Positions 9,290 through 19,417 are shown, counted from the first letter of the stretch. The stretch is 49,545 nucleotides of DNA from an uncultured archaeon (GCA_964619365.1 CAZUDQ010000010.1:1-49545), one strand, 5' to 3'. The notes: generated from the sequence alone by a model not told the origin. Program-made: numbers and translations.

Positions 9290-10012
9290 ATGACAGAAAA
9301 ACGTGTATCTTCAGGAATAAAGGAGCTAGACTCGATGATTGGAGGTGGCTTCCCCCAAGGAGATGTCATTTTATATTCTGGAGCTCCGGGTACTGGGAAA
9401 AGCACAGCAGCCCTCCATTTTGTCGCCGACGGCCTTAAGAAAGGCGAAGACTGCATATATGTTGCAGGTGAGGCAACACGTGGAAAATTAATAGAAAACG
9501 CAAAGTCCCTTGGAATTGATTTTGAGTCGGCGCTAAAAGAAAAGAAACTTGAGATATTCCAGGTTGAAGATGTCGCGTTTCAAGATCCTCTCGGGCGGCG
9601 CTGCAAGCTTCCTCGCGACCCTGAACAAAGAATGGAGCGTCTGACTGCGGCCATAAAAAAGTGGATGGAGAAATACAACGGAAAAAGACTAGTTCTAGAC
9701 TCTCTTATTGCTTATACCATTGATGACCCGACAGAAACCCATAGCGCGCTTCTTAATAGCGAACTTTTCCGCGGACTTGACGGCCTTGGAATGACGACTA
9801 TATTCGTTTCAGAGACGCCAAGTGTGAGTGTATGCTACAGCCGTGATGGGGTAACTGAAGTCATGGCAGACGGAATTGTGCTATTTGGTCACAAGCTTGA
9901 AGGAGAACTGGGTTATAAGACACTTGAAGTCATAAAGATGCGTGCAAGCAAGATAACTGATGAAGTAAGGCGTTTTGAAATAGAGAAAAAAGGAATCAAG
10001 TTCTTAAAGTAA
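9290..10012 (+). CDS. KaiC-like/RAD55-family RecA-superfamily ATPase (single domain)
   Basis: RVSSGIKELDSMIGGGFP, Walker A GAPGTGKS, Walker B LVLDS, C-terminal LEVIKMR. Confidence 0.9.
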   Translation: MTEKRVSSGIKELDSMIGGGFPQGDVILYSGAPGTGKSTAALHFVADGLKKGEDCIYVAGEATRGKLIENAKSLGIDFESALKEKKLEIFQVEDVAFQDPLGRRCKLPRDPEQRMERLTAAIKKWMEKYNGKRLVLDSLIAYTIDDPTETHSALLNSELFRGLDGLGMTTIFVSETPSVSVCYSRDGVTEVMADGIVLFGHKLEGELGYKTLEVIKMRASKITDEVRRFEIEKKGIKFLK

Positions 10013-10697
10013 ATTTTTCAAGCTCTCGTATTGCATCCTTCCCAATCCACTTGGCAGTTTTATTCTCGCTTACTGCGAGTTCTCGTGCAGGGATTATTGC
10101 CTTTTCATTCAAATAAGTGTTTTTCTTTCCAATATGTCTTAGGGCCCAGTTGACTGCTTTTTTGACAAAGTTGCGAGAGTCAGTCGAGCAATTCTTTATT
10201 AGTGGCAAGTAAGACACAAGTTCGCCGTCACTTGCATTGATTCGTTTTAGGGCGCGAACACATATTGTACTAAATGCCGTACGTCTTACAAATTCCCGAT
10301 CATCTTTTGCCCACTCAAATATCTTCTCAGAAGCAAAGTCCTTTTTTGCAACAAGATCGTTTATCGCATCGGCAAGCTCCCACGAGTGGATTTCAGATAC
10401 CCAGCTGTCGGCTTGATCAGAACTAAACGCAGGTAATTCCTCAGTAAATATCGCAAGAAGGCGAGTCCCCCTGAAGTTCATATCCCAAAGCTCAAGGGCG
10501 CGTTTGTGGTCTTTTCCTATTTCTTTTGCAAGAGCCTTTATCTTTGGATGGCTGACCCCCAAATTTCCCCCCTTGGGAATCTTGAATCTTAAGGAGGAAA
10601 CCTTATAGTCTTCATCAGAAAGCTCCCTTAGTGCCAAAAGAGCAGCTTTTGCGTCCACACTTATCTTTTGCAAAAGGTCTTTTTTAAACAAGGGCAA
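9996..10697 (-). CDS. DNA alkylation repair protein (AlkD-like)
   Basis: SWELAD, WAKDDREFVRR, DSRNFVKKAVNWALRHIGK and WIGKDAIREL motifs. Confidence 0.85.
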   Translation of the reverse strand: MPLFKKDLLQKISVDAKAALLALRELSDEDYKVSSLRFKIPKGGNLGVSHPKIKALAKEIGKDHKRALELWDMNFRGTRLLAIFTEELPAFSSDQADSWVSEIHSWELADAINDLVAKKDFASEKIFEWAKDDREFVRRTAFSTICVRALKRINASDGELVSYLPLIKNCSTDSRNFVKKAVNWALRHIGKKNTYLNEKAIIPARELAVSENKTAKWIGKDAIRELEKFTLRT

Positions 10698-10769
10698 AAC
10701 AAGCCTTTTTATTTTCCTAGCCTATAATACCAAGGTTCGTTTGGGTGCTATTAACCTTTTGACTTTTGT

Positions 10770-10941
10770 GGGGTCGTGGGGTAAGCTGGCATCCTTGTGG
10801 GCTCCAGAGTGCAATCGTTACAATACGAAGCTTTGGAGAACTGAGCAAAAATTATTTTTTGCGATGAAGAACAGTTAGGTAAACGCGAAGTTAAACGCAT
10901 GGAGTTACCTGCCGATCTGGGTTCAAATCCCAGCGACCCCA
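10770..10941 (+). tRNA. tRNA-Trp(CCA) with a 99-nt intron (10808-10906) at position 37/38
   Basis: Acceptor stem GGGGTCG/CGACCCC-A; anticodon CCA at 10804-10806; T arm CTGGG-TTCAAAT-CCCAG; bulge-helix-bulge with CTCC/GGAG helix and AGA/TTA bulges. Confidence 0.95.
10808..10906 (+). ncRNA. Intron-encoded box C/D guide sRNA
   Basis: Guide CTTTGGAG (10831-10838) is complementary to CTCCAGAG, followed by D' CTGA (10841-10844); the N+5 rule gives C34. C' GCGATGA at 10861; second guide TAGGTAA is complementary to the 3' splice junction. Confidence 0.8.
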
Positions 10942-10974
10942 CCTTCTTTTCCTTTACATAAACCCAAAATTAGC

Positions 10975-12120
10975 ATGAAAGTTGCAATAGTCTCCCCACA
11001 GTACCCCCCTGTACGTGGTGGGATAGCAGAACATGTAGAAGGGCTTGCCTTTGCGCTTTCAAAAAATAATGATGTGAGTGTTTTTTCTATGGCGCCTAAG
11101 GAAAATCGGGATATCCCTTTCACCTTTGTCTCCTTAAAAGAAGCAAAGCCTGATATGTTAAACTCTGTTTCAGGACTCCTTTCATATATCTCATTTGCAA
11201 AAAAAGTTCAAAAGGAGCTTTGCGCAAACGATTTTGATATAATCCATAGCCATTCATACGGCGCTTATTTTATGGATGCGCAAAATACTGTGGAGACGAT
11301 ACATTCCACGTGGGCTGGGGAAGCACGCGCTCTTTCTGATTCTAATCCCGCAACGATAGAAAAAGCTCTCCACATAATTAGTCCCATACTCTCACGAATC
11401 GAGAAAAAGGGGCTTATGCGAACAAAAAGAGTCATTGCAGTAAGTGATTTTCTAAGGAACGAAGCGATAGCCGAATACGCCCTTTCCCCCGAAAAGATTG
11501 ATATTGTCCCAAATGGCATCTCAAGGGATTTTTTTATTCCCGGAAACCGTGAGAAGATACGCGCGCGCCATAATTTCAAGGATGGCGATTTTGTATTTAT
11601 GTATCTTGGGAGGATAAGCCCAAGAAAAGGAATTCCTCTTCTGCTTGAAGCATTTAGTCTGGCAAAGAAAAAACTCCCCAAAGCAAAGCTTCTTATTGTG
11701 GGAACCGGCGACTTTGTCCCTGAGATGAACGCCATGGCCTCGCGACTAGGAATAGCAAAACAAATGCTATTTGTCAATAATGCCACAAAAGAGGAACTGC
11801 GCGATTATTACTCTGCTTGCGATACTTTTGTCCTTCCAAGTTTGTATGAGACATTTGGAATAGTCCTTCTTGAGGCGATGGCCCAGAAATGCCCGATAAT
11901 AGCATCTGATGTCTGTGCGATACCATCTGTTGCTAAGGGCGCAGCCATACTATTTTCACCTAAAAAAGAACTGCTGGCAAAAGAGATGATAAGAGTTGCA
12001 AACGATTCTATTTTAAGAAAAGAGCTTTCAGAAAAAGCGCCAAAACGCGCAGAAGAATTCTTATGGGAAAATGTCGTTAAAAAAATCGAAACTACTTACT
12101 CAAAAGTACTAAAAGAATAG
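10975..12120 (+). CDS. GT4 glycosyltransferase
   Basis: YPPVRGGIAEH, IVPNGI, GRISPRKG, PSLYETFGIVLLEAMA. Confidence 0.9.
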   Translation: MKVAIVSPQYPPVRGGIAEHVEGLAFALSKNNDVSVFSMAPKENRDIPFTFVSLKEAKPDMLNSVSGLLSYISFAKKVQKELCANDFDIIHSHSYGAYFMDAQNTVETIHSTWAGEARALSDSNPATIEKALHIISPILSRIEKKGLMRTKRVIAVSDFLRNEAIAEYALSPEKIDIVPNGISRDFFIPGNREKIRARHNFKDGDFVFMYLGRISPRKGIPLLLEAFSLAKKKLPKAKLLIVGTGDFVPEMNAMASRLGIAKQMLFVNNATKEELRDYYSACDTFVLPSLYETFGIVLLEAMAQKCPIIASDVCAIPSVAKGAAILFSPKKELLAKEMIRVANDSILRKELSEKAPKRAEEFLWENVVKKIETTYSKVLKE

Positions 12121-13523
12121 ATAACGGCGTTTCCAGATCTAAAGACTTCCTCTCCCATGCATGAGAATTTCTCAACGTCAAAGCTATATGTGTAAATGTC
12201 GCGCTCGCCTAAAAGCACATAATCTATCCCGTGCGACTTTATTATATCCTCAGCAAGCGTAGGGTTTGTTGTCTCAAGGGCAGAATAAGCCTCAAGCCAG
12301 GACTCTCCGTCAGGAAGGCACTCAAGGAAGAGGTCAAACTCAGTCTGGATTTTTGGGTTTAGAAGAATTGTATTTATGACGCCAGATGTCTCAGGATTGG
12401 CAAGCACTTTTCCGGCAGGAACGTTTTCTTTTATCCAATTTATTGCAGAAAGGTCATCAGAAGAGACTGCGGGCGCAGGAACTGTAGCAACAATAACGCA
12501 CATCAAAAGAAGGACTGCGATTATTATGGCATAAGTTTCACGCGAAAACTCAAACTCAGGAATCATAAAAGCCAACGAAAAGCCCCAAAGCAAAAGCATG
12601 TCGTATGAGTGAAGCTGTGGGAACGGGATTGATAGTGCAAAAAGGACTGAAGACAAGACAAGTGCGCTTGTCCAGAAAAGCGAATAATCGTCCCAAATCC
12701 CCTTTCTCATTCGCCTCTTTTTGACATATCGCATCATGAAAAAACTGATTAGAAGAAGTACTGGTGCAAGGAGTGCTAGCTGCCACCAACCATTGCCTGC
12801 AAGCTTTGCAACGGCAGTTGAGACATCAAGGCACGCGCTTGAACTTAGTGCCGTTGCAATAATCCAGGGGGACGCTATTCCAAAGCCTATTGCAGTACTA
12901 AGCCCCACCCAGATAAGCGGCCAGCGGTTTCCTTCACGCAGCTTAAGGAAAGAGAAGAAAAAGATACATGCAAGAAACATCAGGGCAGACGAATAATTTG
13001 TTACAAAGAGAAGAGCGAGAATACAGCCTGGCGCCCAGCAATTGCCTTTAAGGAAAAAATATATGCCAAAAGGAATAAAGAAAAGCCCGATTATCTGCGG
13101 GCTGTCATAGGCCTGCATCGCAATAAATGGCATTGTACAAAGAAGGGCGGCAACAATAAGTCCAGTTTCCTTTCCCCTAAGCCTGCTGGCTATAAAATAC
13201 CCACTAATCCCGATTAAAAGGGAAAAAAGAGGTAGAATCCACTTTACCAGCTCAAGAACAGGGATTCCTGTACCAAGACTCGCATACCCGAGGGTTAAAT
13301 GGTAGGCTGGCGGGTACAAGTGCGGACGTCCTCCAAGTGTAAAATCGACGCTTGGCACCCACCCATCGCGCGTTACAAGTTCGCCAATCCTCGCATGATA
13401 AATAGAATCATAATTGACTGGAAACTCGTTTGAGGCTGGGACATAAAACCGCAGAGCAGCAGAAATTAGGATTGAAGCCAAAAGAAAATATACAAAAGTC
13501 CTTTTGCTTAATAGTTCATGCAT
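12096..13523 (-). CDS. Multi-pass GT-C-like membrane glycosyltransferase
   Basis: DSIYHAR and YPPAYH after TM1, many TMs, C-terminal AINWIKEN...GIDYV soluble domain. Confidence 0.7.
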   Translation of the reverse strand: MHELLSKRTFVYFLLASILISAALRFYVPASNEFPVNYDSIYHARIGELVTRDGWVPSVDFTLGGRPHLYPPAYHLTLGYASLGTGIPVLELVKWILPLFSLLIGISGYFIASRLRGKETGLIVAALLCTMPFIAMQAYDSPQIIGLFFIPFGIYFFLKGNCWAPGCILALLFVTNYSSALMFLACIFFFSFLKLREGNRWPLIWVGLSTAIGFGIASPWIIATALSSSACLDVSTAVAKLAGNGWWQLALLAPVLLLISFFMMRYVKKRRMRKGIWDDYSLFWTSALVLSSVLFALSIPFPQLHSYDMLLLWGFSLAFMIPEFEFSRETYAIIIAVLLLMCVIVATVPAPAVSSDDLSAINWIKENVPAGKVLANPETSGVINTILLNPKIQTEFDLFLECLPDGESWLEAYSALETTNPTLAEDIIKSHGIDYVLLGERDIYTYSFDVEKFSCMGEEVFRSGNAVIYSFSTFE

Positions 13524-14514
13524 TTAAAATCCCCCCATAAGTTTCTTTAAGTTTCAGTCCCACACTTTCCAAACTGTGGTTTTTAAGCTCTGCCTTGCCA
13601 CTTGCACCGAGCGAAGAACGAAGCGATTCGTCCCTAATAAGTTCTTTAAGTACTGGAATAAAATCCTTTTCATCCTGCACTTTTATACAGTTTTTCCCGG
13701 ATTCCATCCACCCTTCAAAAACAGGCAGGTCGCGTACAACAACGGCTTTTCCTGCAGCCCAGGCCTCAAGTATGACAAGGCCTTGGGTCTCAGTGCGTGT
13801 CGGAAAGAAGAATATGTCTCCAGCTGAGTAGGCCGCGTGGATATCAGGCACAAACCCTGTAAACTTTACATTAGGCGGCGGATTTGAAAGTGCGCGCTTC
13901 ATATTTTTATCCTTTGTTACCGCCTTTGCAATGTTACCAAACCATACAAAGTCATTATCAAAATGTCTTGCAGTTTCAACAAAGGTGTCGACACCCTTTC
14001 TCTTAAAGACATGACCCACTGAAAAAACCACAACACCACTTAAACCGAGTTCTTCCCGAAGGTCCTCCCCCAATTTTGGATCGACTTCAAAGTCGCTTTC
14101 AGGAACGCCGTTTGTCAATGCGAGGACAGGGCAGTCTATGCCATATCCTTTAAGAAGAGCATTCCTTGAAAATTCTGTTGGAGTAACTATGTAATCTGCC
14201 TGCGAGTACACCTGTTTTAGATAATATCTAAAAAACGGTGAAAATGTGGTTGAACCAAAAAAGCTGTCTTTTGAATCTTCTTCAAGAGTATGTGCATGCA
14301 TGACAACAGGGATTCCTCTTTTTTTCGCCCTTTTTGCCTCAACTAATGTTTTTGGAAAAATGGTGTGGATATGAAGCACGTCATAATCCTCTTTTGGATT
14401 TGTCGTTACTTCTATTCCTGCAGATTCAAGAGCTTTTATATGCCTTCTTGCAGCGACCCCCACTCCGCTTTTTTTAAGCGCCGAGCCACCTTCAAAAAAT
14501 ACGCAGACCTTCAT
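13516..14514 (-). CDS. GT4 glycosyltransferase, similar to diglycosyl-lipid synthase (CpoA-like)
   Basis: KSGVGVA, HAHTLEEDSKDSF, KRKGVDTF, ETQGLVILEA, VRDLPVF. Confidence 0.85.
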   Translation of the reverse strand: MKVCVFFEGGSALKKSGVGVAARRHIKALESAGIEVTTNPKEDYDVLHIHTIFPKTLVEAKRAKKRGIPVVMHAHTLEEDSKDSFFGSTTFSPFFRYYLKQVYSQADYIVTPTEFSRNALLKGYGIDCPVLALTNGVPESDFEVDPKLGEDLREELGLSGVVVFSVGHVFKRKGVDTFVETARHFDNDFVWFGNIAKAVTKDKNMKRALSNPPPNVKFTGFVPDIHAAYSAGDIFFFPTRTETQGLVILEAWAAGKAVVVRDLPVFEGWMESGKNCIKVQDEKDFIPVLKELIRDESLRSSLGASGKAELKNHSLESVGLKLKETYGGILNA

Positions 14515-15640
14515 GTTTACTCCGATACTTATGCTCTTTTATTGCCGTTTTGTATGCGTCCTCAAGCTTAAGAATTGTTGCGTCAAAGGAGCGCTCTTCT
14601 GCAAACTTGCGAGAGGATTCTTTTAGTCCCTCCAGGTTGCAATAACATTTTTCTATTGAGGCAAGGAGATCTTTTTTGTCGCCCGGGGCGTAGTGATAAC
14701 CGTTTCTTCCACCTTTAATTGTATTTTTAAGGGCAAGGACATCCACCCCAACGCATGGAGTATTACACGCATTTGCTTCAAGGACGACTAACCCTTCAGT
14801 CTCACACGTTGAAGGCATGATGAGAATATCAATTGCTGAATAGAAACCACGTAAGTCATTTCTAGGAAGAAAACCTAAGAACTGTATATTTTTTTTGCCT
14901 TTCCCAAGAGCCTTATATCTTTTTGTCGAAGGGCCTTCACCTGAGATTAGTATAGTCCCGTCAAAGTCATCTGCAATCCCGATAAGGTCTTCAACATGCT
15001 TTCCTTCTGAGTGCCTGCCTGCAAAGCCTATTAGCTTGCCGCTACTAAGATTATATTTTTTCTTGAAGGATTTGGCTCCATCTTCCTTAAAGAACTCAGT
15101 GTCTATACCGTTTGAAAAGGATATGGAACTTGGCATTCGCGTGCCGGCTCGATCCTTTAACATATCGATTATTACTTCAGAAGGCGCAGTTACAAGATCG
15201 AATCGCGAAAGGAGCTTTTTTTCGTACTTAAAATAAGCCACTTCGAGTGAATCATTTACCCAGTCGTTTGAAATGGGCATAATATCTTTAAAATAAAGCT
15301 CAGGAGGTGTGTGAAAGGTCATTATGGCCGGAATATCCTTTTGCCGGGCGTAGCTTATTCCAAAAAGTCCAACAACAGCTGGTGTCTGGACATGGATGAC
15401 ATCTAAATCCTTTTCGATTTTTCTTTTTTGCGGAAGGCCGATATTGTATCCTTTATACATTGCAAAAGGAATTGAGGTTAATGGTACGTCGCCCTCATTT
15501 GGATAGTAATCCCCCGAATCTGGATAATAAACAAATACGTCATGTCCCCTTTTTTCAAGACCCTTTTTCCAAAGCTCAATAGTATAGGCAACACCATTTA
15601 CTTGTGGCAGGTAAGTATCCGTAAATATCCCAATTTTCAT
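14492..15640 (-). CDS. GT4 glycosyltransferase, similar to monoglycosyl-lipid synthase
   Basis: MKIGIFTDTYLPQVNGV, TFHT, SNGID, PSTCETEGLVVLEA. Confidence 0.9.
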   Translation of the reverse strand: MKIGIFTDTYLPQVNGVAYTIELWKKGLEKRGHDVFVYYPDSGDYYPNEGDVPLTSIPFAMYKGYNIGLPQKRKIEKDLDVIHVQTPAVVGLFGISYARQKDIPAIMTFHTPPELYFKDIMPISNDWVNDSLEVAYFKYEKKLLSRFDLVTAPSEVIIDMLKDRAGTRMPSSISFSNGIDTEFFKEDGAKSFKKKYNLSSGKLIGFAGRHSEGKHVEDLIGIADDFDGTILISGEGPSTKRYKALGKGKKNIQFLGFLPRNDLRGFYSAIDILIMPSTCETEGLVVLEANACNTPCVGVDVLALKNTIKGGRNGYHYAPGDKKDLLASIEKCYCNLEGLKESSRKFAEERSFDATILKLEDAYKTAIKEHKYRSKHEGLRIF

Positions 15641-15674
15641 TTGCTAGGTTGGCGCTAAAAAAGCTTCCTTATAT

Positions 15675-16673
15675 TTAGGAAAGAAGTATGTAAAGGCTGC
15701 ACCATATAAAGCTGTTTAAAAGAACTAAAAAGAGTATTATTGTTACAAGCCCCCTTTCGGTTTTTGGACCAAAGAGCTTTAGGATGAGCTTTGCAAAGTC
15801 AAGTCTTCCAGAAGCAGGTACAGATAATAAGTTTCCTTTTTGCCCGTAAGGCCGTTCATTTTTTTGGCTGATATCCCGCCCGTTTGTTGCAAGCTTAAGG
15901 CCGATATCGATAAAATGCGGGATAAAAAGCAACAATGCAAGCGGAAAAAGCGGCAGGAAAAGGATTATTGCACCGATAAAAGCGCCCAAAAGAAGAGTTC
16001 CTGAGTCGCCTGGGAAGACCTTTGCAGGATACCTGTTAAAGAAAAAAAGCCCTATTGCCGCGCCAAGGGCAATAACGCAAAGAAAGAGAAGAGTTTCTGT
16101 GTATTCAGGAGCCGCTATTGCCATAACAAGAAGCCCTGCAATGATTATTACAGAACTTCCCACTTCCCAGCCGTTAAGTCCGGCAAAAGAGTTTGAGAAC
16201 GATGCGCAAAGAACGATTATTATTGTCCCGAACAAGACAAACAAAAGGGTACCCGCTCCGAAAAACGCAGCACTTGCCCCCCCAAAATACGTAAATACTA
16301 TAAATGAGAATATTGCCGCGCACAACAAAAGTAAAATCCCCTTCCCAAGGGTATGAAAAGCCCAGTTGGGGTTCTTCTTAAAGAGATGGAAGCCGTCATC
16401 AAAAAAGCCTATTGCACAAAACGAGGAGATAAGGAAGAGCATTGCGTAAGAGATGGGGTTTGCCCCAAAGAAGATTATGAGTACAAGCGTGCATATCCAG
16501 ATTGCAGGGAGGAGAAGAATACCTCCAGCCTCAGGAACTTTGGGTTCGCCTTCCTTGTTTATATCCTTTCCATATATCCCTATTGAAAAAAGCTTCTTTT
16601 TTAGTGAGGCAATTGTAGCAATAGAAATCAAAAGTGATGAAAGAAGAACAAATAAAAGAAATATTACATCCAT
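15675..16673 (-). CDS. Polyprenyl-phosphate GlcNAc-1-phosphate transferase (AglH/GPT, MraY-like family)
   Basis: GKDINK...VPEAGG, GFFDD, NSFAGLNGWE, NRYPAKVFPGDSGT; multi-TM. Confidence 0.85.
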   Translation of the reverse strand: MDVIFLLFVLLSSLLISIATIASLKKKLFSIGIYGKDINKEGEPKVPEAGGILLLPAIWICTLVLIIFFGANPISYAMLFLISSFCAIGFFDDGFHLFKKNPNWAFHTLGKGILLLLCAAIFSFIVFTYFGGASAAFFGAGTLLFVLFGTIIIVLCASFSNSFAGLNGWEVGSSVIIIAGLLVMAIAAPEYTETLLFLCVIALGAAIGLFFFNRYPAKVFPGDSGTLLLGAFIGAIILFLPLFPLALLLFIPHFIDIGLKLATNGRDISQKNERPYGQKGNLLSVPASGRLDFAKLILKLFGPKTERGLVTIILFLVLLNSFIWCSLYILLS

Positions 16674-16683
16674 TTAAAAGAGT

Positions 16684-17829
16684 TTAGTTTTTTGTTATCT
16701 CCCTTAGAAGCGTTGTTGCGTATCGCCCAGGCCCTAAGGAAAACCTTACTGTTATTTTTGATGCGCTCTCATTAAAATCAAGAACCGACAGATCGTTAAA
16801 CTCCATCATAGATTCGCGCACTTGCCCTTCACTTGCAAGAGTGGGCAGCCTTGCCAGCCTAAATGAATCCTGATTCACTCCGTCCTTAGAAAGAATCTCT
16901 TCCATTTCGGGTGTGGGTGCGATATTTGTTCCGACAAGGGGGAGTTCCTTAGGAACATTACCTTCCAGTAGGCAATCGGAAAGCGCAGAGTTAAACAAAT
17001 AGCCCTGATACGCATGGATAAACATGGTTCTTAGTTTCTTTGGAAGAGTGTTAAGTGCGCGCGCAAAGTCAGTTGGCTCCTTTGCAAGACTATTGATTAT
17101 TGCCTTTTCGTACCCTAAATAATTTGGGAATTCTTCAAAAGCGCGTTTATAATCAAGGGTTTCTTTTAGGTTTTTTCTTGCAAGGGCAGTATCTTCCCTG
17201 TTGTCTCCTTCACCTGTAAGAAATTCCATTGTCGCGCCCTTTATGTCACCTAACAGCAGAGCTTTTCCTATCAGGTGGTTGTTTGCGCGGTTGCCAAATC
17301 TTTGTGGTCCAAAGAAGTTTGGTGCCTTCCCATTAAGTTCTTTTGCAATTGTGCCCACTCGCGTTTTTGCGTCCTTTGATACGTCTTCAATTACTATACT
17401 AAAGCGGTTTCCAAGTAGTTCTCCGAGTCCCACCTGAACCGAGCTTTTTGAAAAATCCTTTAGAACAAGACCTTCAAAGGAGATTTTTTGGAGCTTTTCA
17501 GGCTGGACTTTCCAAATGGACATTCGTTGCGTTGTTCTTGCGCGTTTGTCCTTTGTCCCGGCATAATTGACTCTTTTTTGGGAAACCCCTGCAGCCTTTG
17601 CAATCATCTTTGCCGCGCGCATAGAGTCCCAGTTCTCTTTTTCAACTGTAAAATGAGTATACTCACCATCAAGGTCGCTAAATTTATTTTCTTTACCGTA
17701 CTCAAGAGCAACACCTGCTGGTGTAATCTCTTCTACTAAGAAATCCTCGCAACTAGTCTTTATCTTTCCACCCGTTCCAGGTGTCTTTGAGAGATAAGTC
17801 TTGATGCCTATTTTATTTTCAGTCCCCAT
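16684..17829 (-). CDS. truD: tRNA pseudouridine(13) synthase TruD
   Basis: EDFLVEE, YAGTKDKRA, GNRFSI, NFFGPQRFG, HAYQGYLFN, GRYATTLLRE; second ATG chosen (track start 17835). Confidence 0.95.
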   Translation of the reverse strand: MGTENKIGIKTYLSKTPGTGGKIKTSCEDFLVEEITPAGVALEYGKENKFSDLDGEYTHFTVEKENWDSMRAAKMIAKAAGVSQKRVNYAGTKDKRARTTQRMSIWKVQPEKLQKISFEGLVLKDFSKSSVQVGLGELLGNRFSIVIEDVSKDAKTRVGTIAKELNGKAPNFFGPQRFGNRANNHLIGKALLLGDIKGATMEFLTGEGDNREDTALARKNLKETLDYKRAFEEFPNYLGYEKAIINSLAKEPTDFARALNTLPKKLRTMFIHAYQGYLFNSALSDCLLEGNVPKELPLVGTNIAPTPEMEEILSKDGVNQDSFRLARLPTLASEGQVRESMMEFNDLSVLDFNESASKITVRFSLGPGRYATTLLREITKN

Positions 17830-18082
17830 CGTCAAGGACCTGTGGTGAGGCGATAGTCACATAAAGCCCCTTTTTTGCGCATTCCTCGCAGAAGTGGCGC
17901 GCATCACAATCGACTATTGCACGCTCGCCTTCGCGTTCCACCTGCTCGATTGTTGCCTTGACAAATCTTGCGCCAGACCCAAGCACGCGTCCGCAGTTTG
18001 CACAATATTCTTTTACCTCTGATATACTCTCCGGAATACTTTCTGGAATTTGGGCCATGTCTGAAGTATTTATCGGGAGCAT
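17819..18082 (-). CDS. Small putative zinc-binding protein
   Basis: CANC ... HFCEEC; overlaps the truD start. Confidence 0.65.
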   Translation of the reverse strand: MLPINTSDMAQIPESIPESISEVKEYCANCGRVLGSGARFVKATIEQVEREGERAIVDCDARHFCEECAKKGLYVTIASPQVLDDGD

Positions 18083-18233
18083 CTTAAAATTCTTTTTGTT
18101 ATAAATTGGGTTTTTGTTAGCTTAACGCGGTAAAGAAGAAAAAGGCTCAAAATCATATATAAAAGGCATTCATTTAGAGTTACTAACAAGTAGTGGCAAA
18201 TCGATTTATCTTAAAGCTCGGCTTAAGTTCCCA

Positions 18234-18899
18234 ATGTTTGGAATCGCCGCTCTTCTTGGTATAGGCGGACTTGCTCTATTTGACTCACTTGACCCACTGA
18301 CATTTATCATAATCTTTAAGATATTTTCCGAAGAGCGCCCGCTGGCAAAGTTTATAGCATTTATCGTACCTTACTTTGTCATATATGTGCTTTTTGGAGT
18401 AGTGCTTCTTTTCTTTATAACCGAGATTGAAGCACATTTCAGTGCGCTTGATTCTGCAATACTTGATTATATAATCTGGGCGGTCGGCCTGGGGCTAATA
18501 GCATATGGAATTTACATCCTGCTAAAAGGCGAGAATAAGAAAAAAGAAGAAAAAAGGGAACTTAAGGCCAAAAAGAATATCCCTCCCGAGGGTTCTGGTA
18601 TCCTTAAATATTTTATTTTAGGCGTCCTTTGGATTCTTGCCTGTTTGCCTTTTGCAATACCCTATTTTATCGTAATCCTAAAAGTCCTTTCGGCAGGGAT
18701 GAGCATGCTTGATAATATTGCAGTAGTAATTTTGTATTCAAGTATATTTGTTCTGCCTTATATTGTGACATTCCTCGCGCTTTATAGGTACAAGTCAAAC
18801 ACCCAAAAGAGGATAAAGAGACTAATGGATTTTATTCAGAACCGGTATCTCCTAAGCTCGATTCTGATAATTTTCGGAATAATCGTAATCTACCTCTAA
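18234..18899 (+). CDS. GAP/Sap-like membrane protein (LysE superfamily)
   Basis: LALFDSLDP, LPFAIPYF, YSSIFVLP; 3+3 TM topology. Confidence 0.7.
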   Translation: MFGIAALLGIGGLALFDSLDPLTFIIIFKIFSEERPLAKFIAFIVPYFVIYVLFGVVLLFFITEIEAHFSALDSAILDYIIWAVGLGLIAYGIYILLKGENKKKEEKRELKAKKNIPPEGSGILKYFILGVLWILACLPFAIPYFIVILKVLSAGMSMLDNIAVVILYSSIFVLPYIVTFLALYRYKSNTQKRIKRLMDFIQNRYLLSSILIIFGIIVIYL

Positions 18900-18976
18900 G
18901 GAACTTAAGCCTAAGTATTCTTTTTATTCTGAGAAGTACAAATTAAGCCAGTTTCCTTAACACAAATCATTTGCAT

Positions 18977-19050
<74 letters not shown>

Positions 19051-19244
19051 TTCTTTAATTATCACACAAGTCTTAGCAGAGCCTCCAGCTCACGCAAAGG
19101 TCATATGCGTTAAGGAAACATCCACCTTATCGTCCCGCCCTGGCTTTCATTATTCTAAGCAATATACCAGCACCCACCTATGTTAAAATCACGAGTACTA
19201 CAGCAACTTAGGTCAATCTCGCTAAGCTGGCAAATTAAGCTACA

Positions 19245-19412
19245 TCAGCTCATACAGACTACATTATCCATGAAGACCTCCAGGTCGTTTGTCAGCGCTG
19301 AATCCTTTTCCCCATAAACTACTGGGAAAATACCCTTGCATTTAGCTAAATCCGCACCATTATTAGAGATATTTTTAGCTAGACCAATCAGTTTTTTCTT
19401 TAATTTAACCAT
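19245..19412 (-). pseudogene. 55-aa ORF, possibly the C-terminal remnant of an inactive RecA/KaiC-associated protein
   Basis: ATG 6 nt after the PAS gene stop; ends KGIFPVVYGEKDSALTNDLEVFMDNVVCMS; below the track cutoff. Confidence 0.3.
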
Positions 19413-19417
19413 ATGTG

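Noticed and set aside
10751-10942. 63-aa minus-strand ORF, and a possible tmRNA reading of the long tRNA-like gene
   Set aside because: The ORF is antisense to tRNA-Trp; the insert is a canonical BHB intron, not a tmRNA tag region
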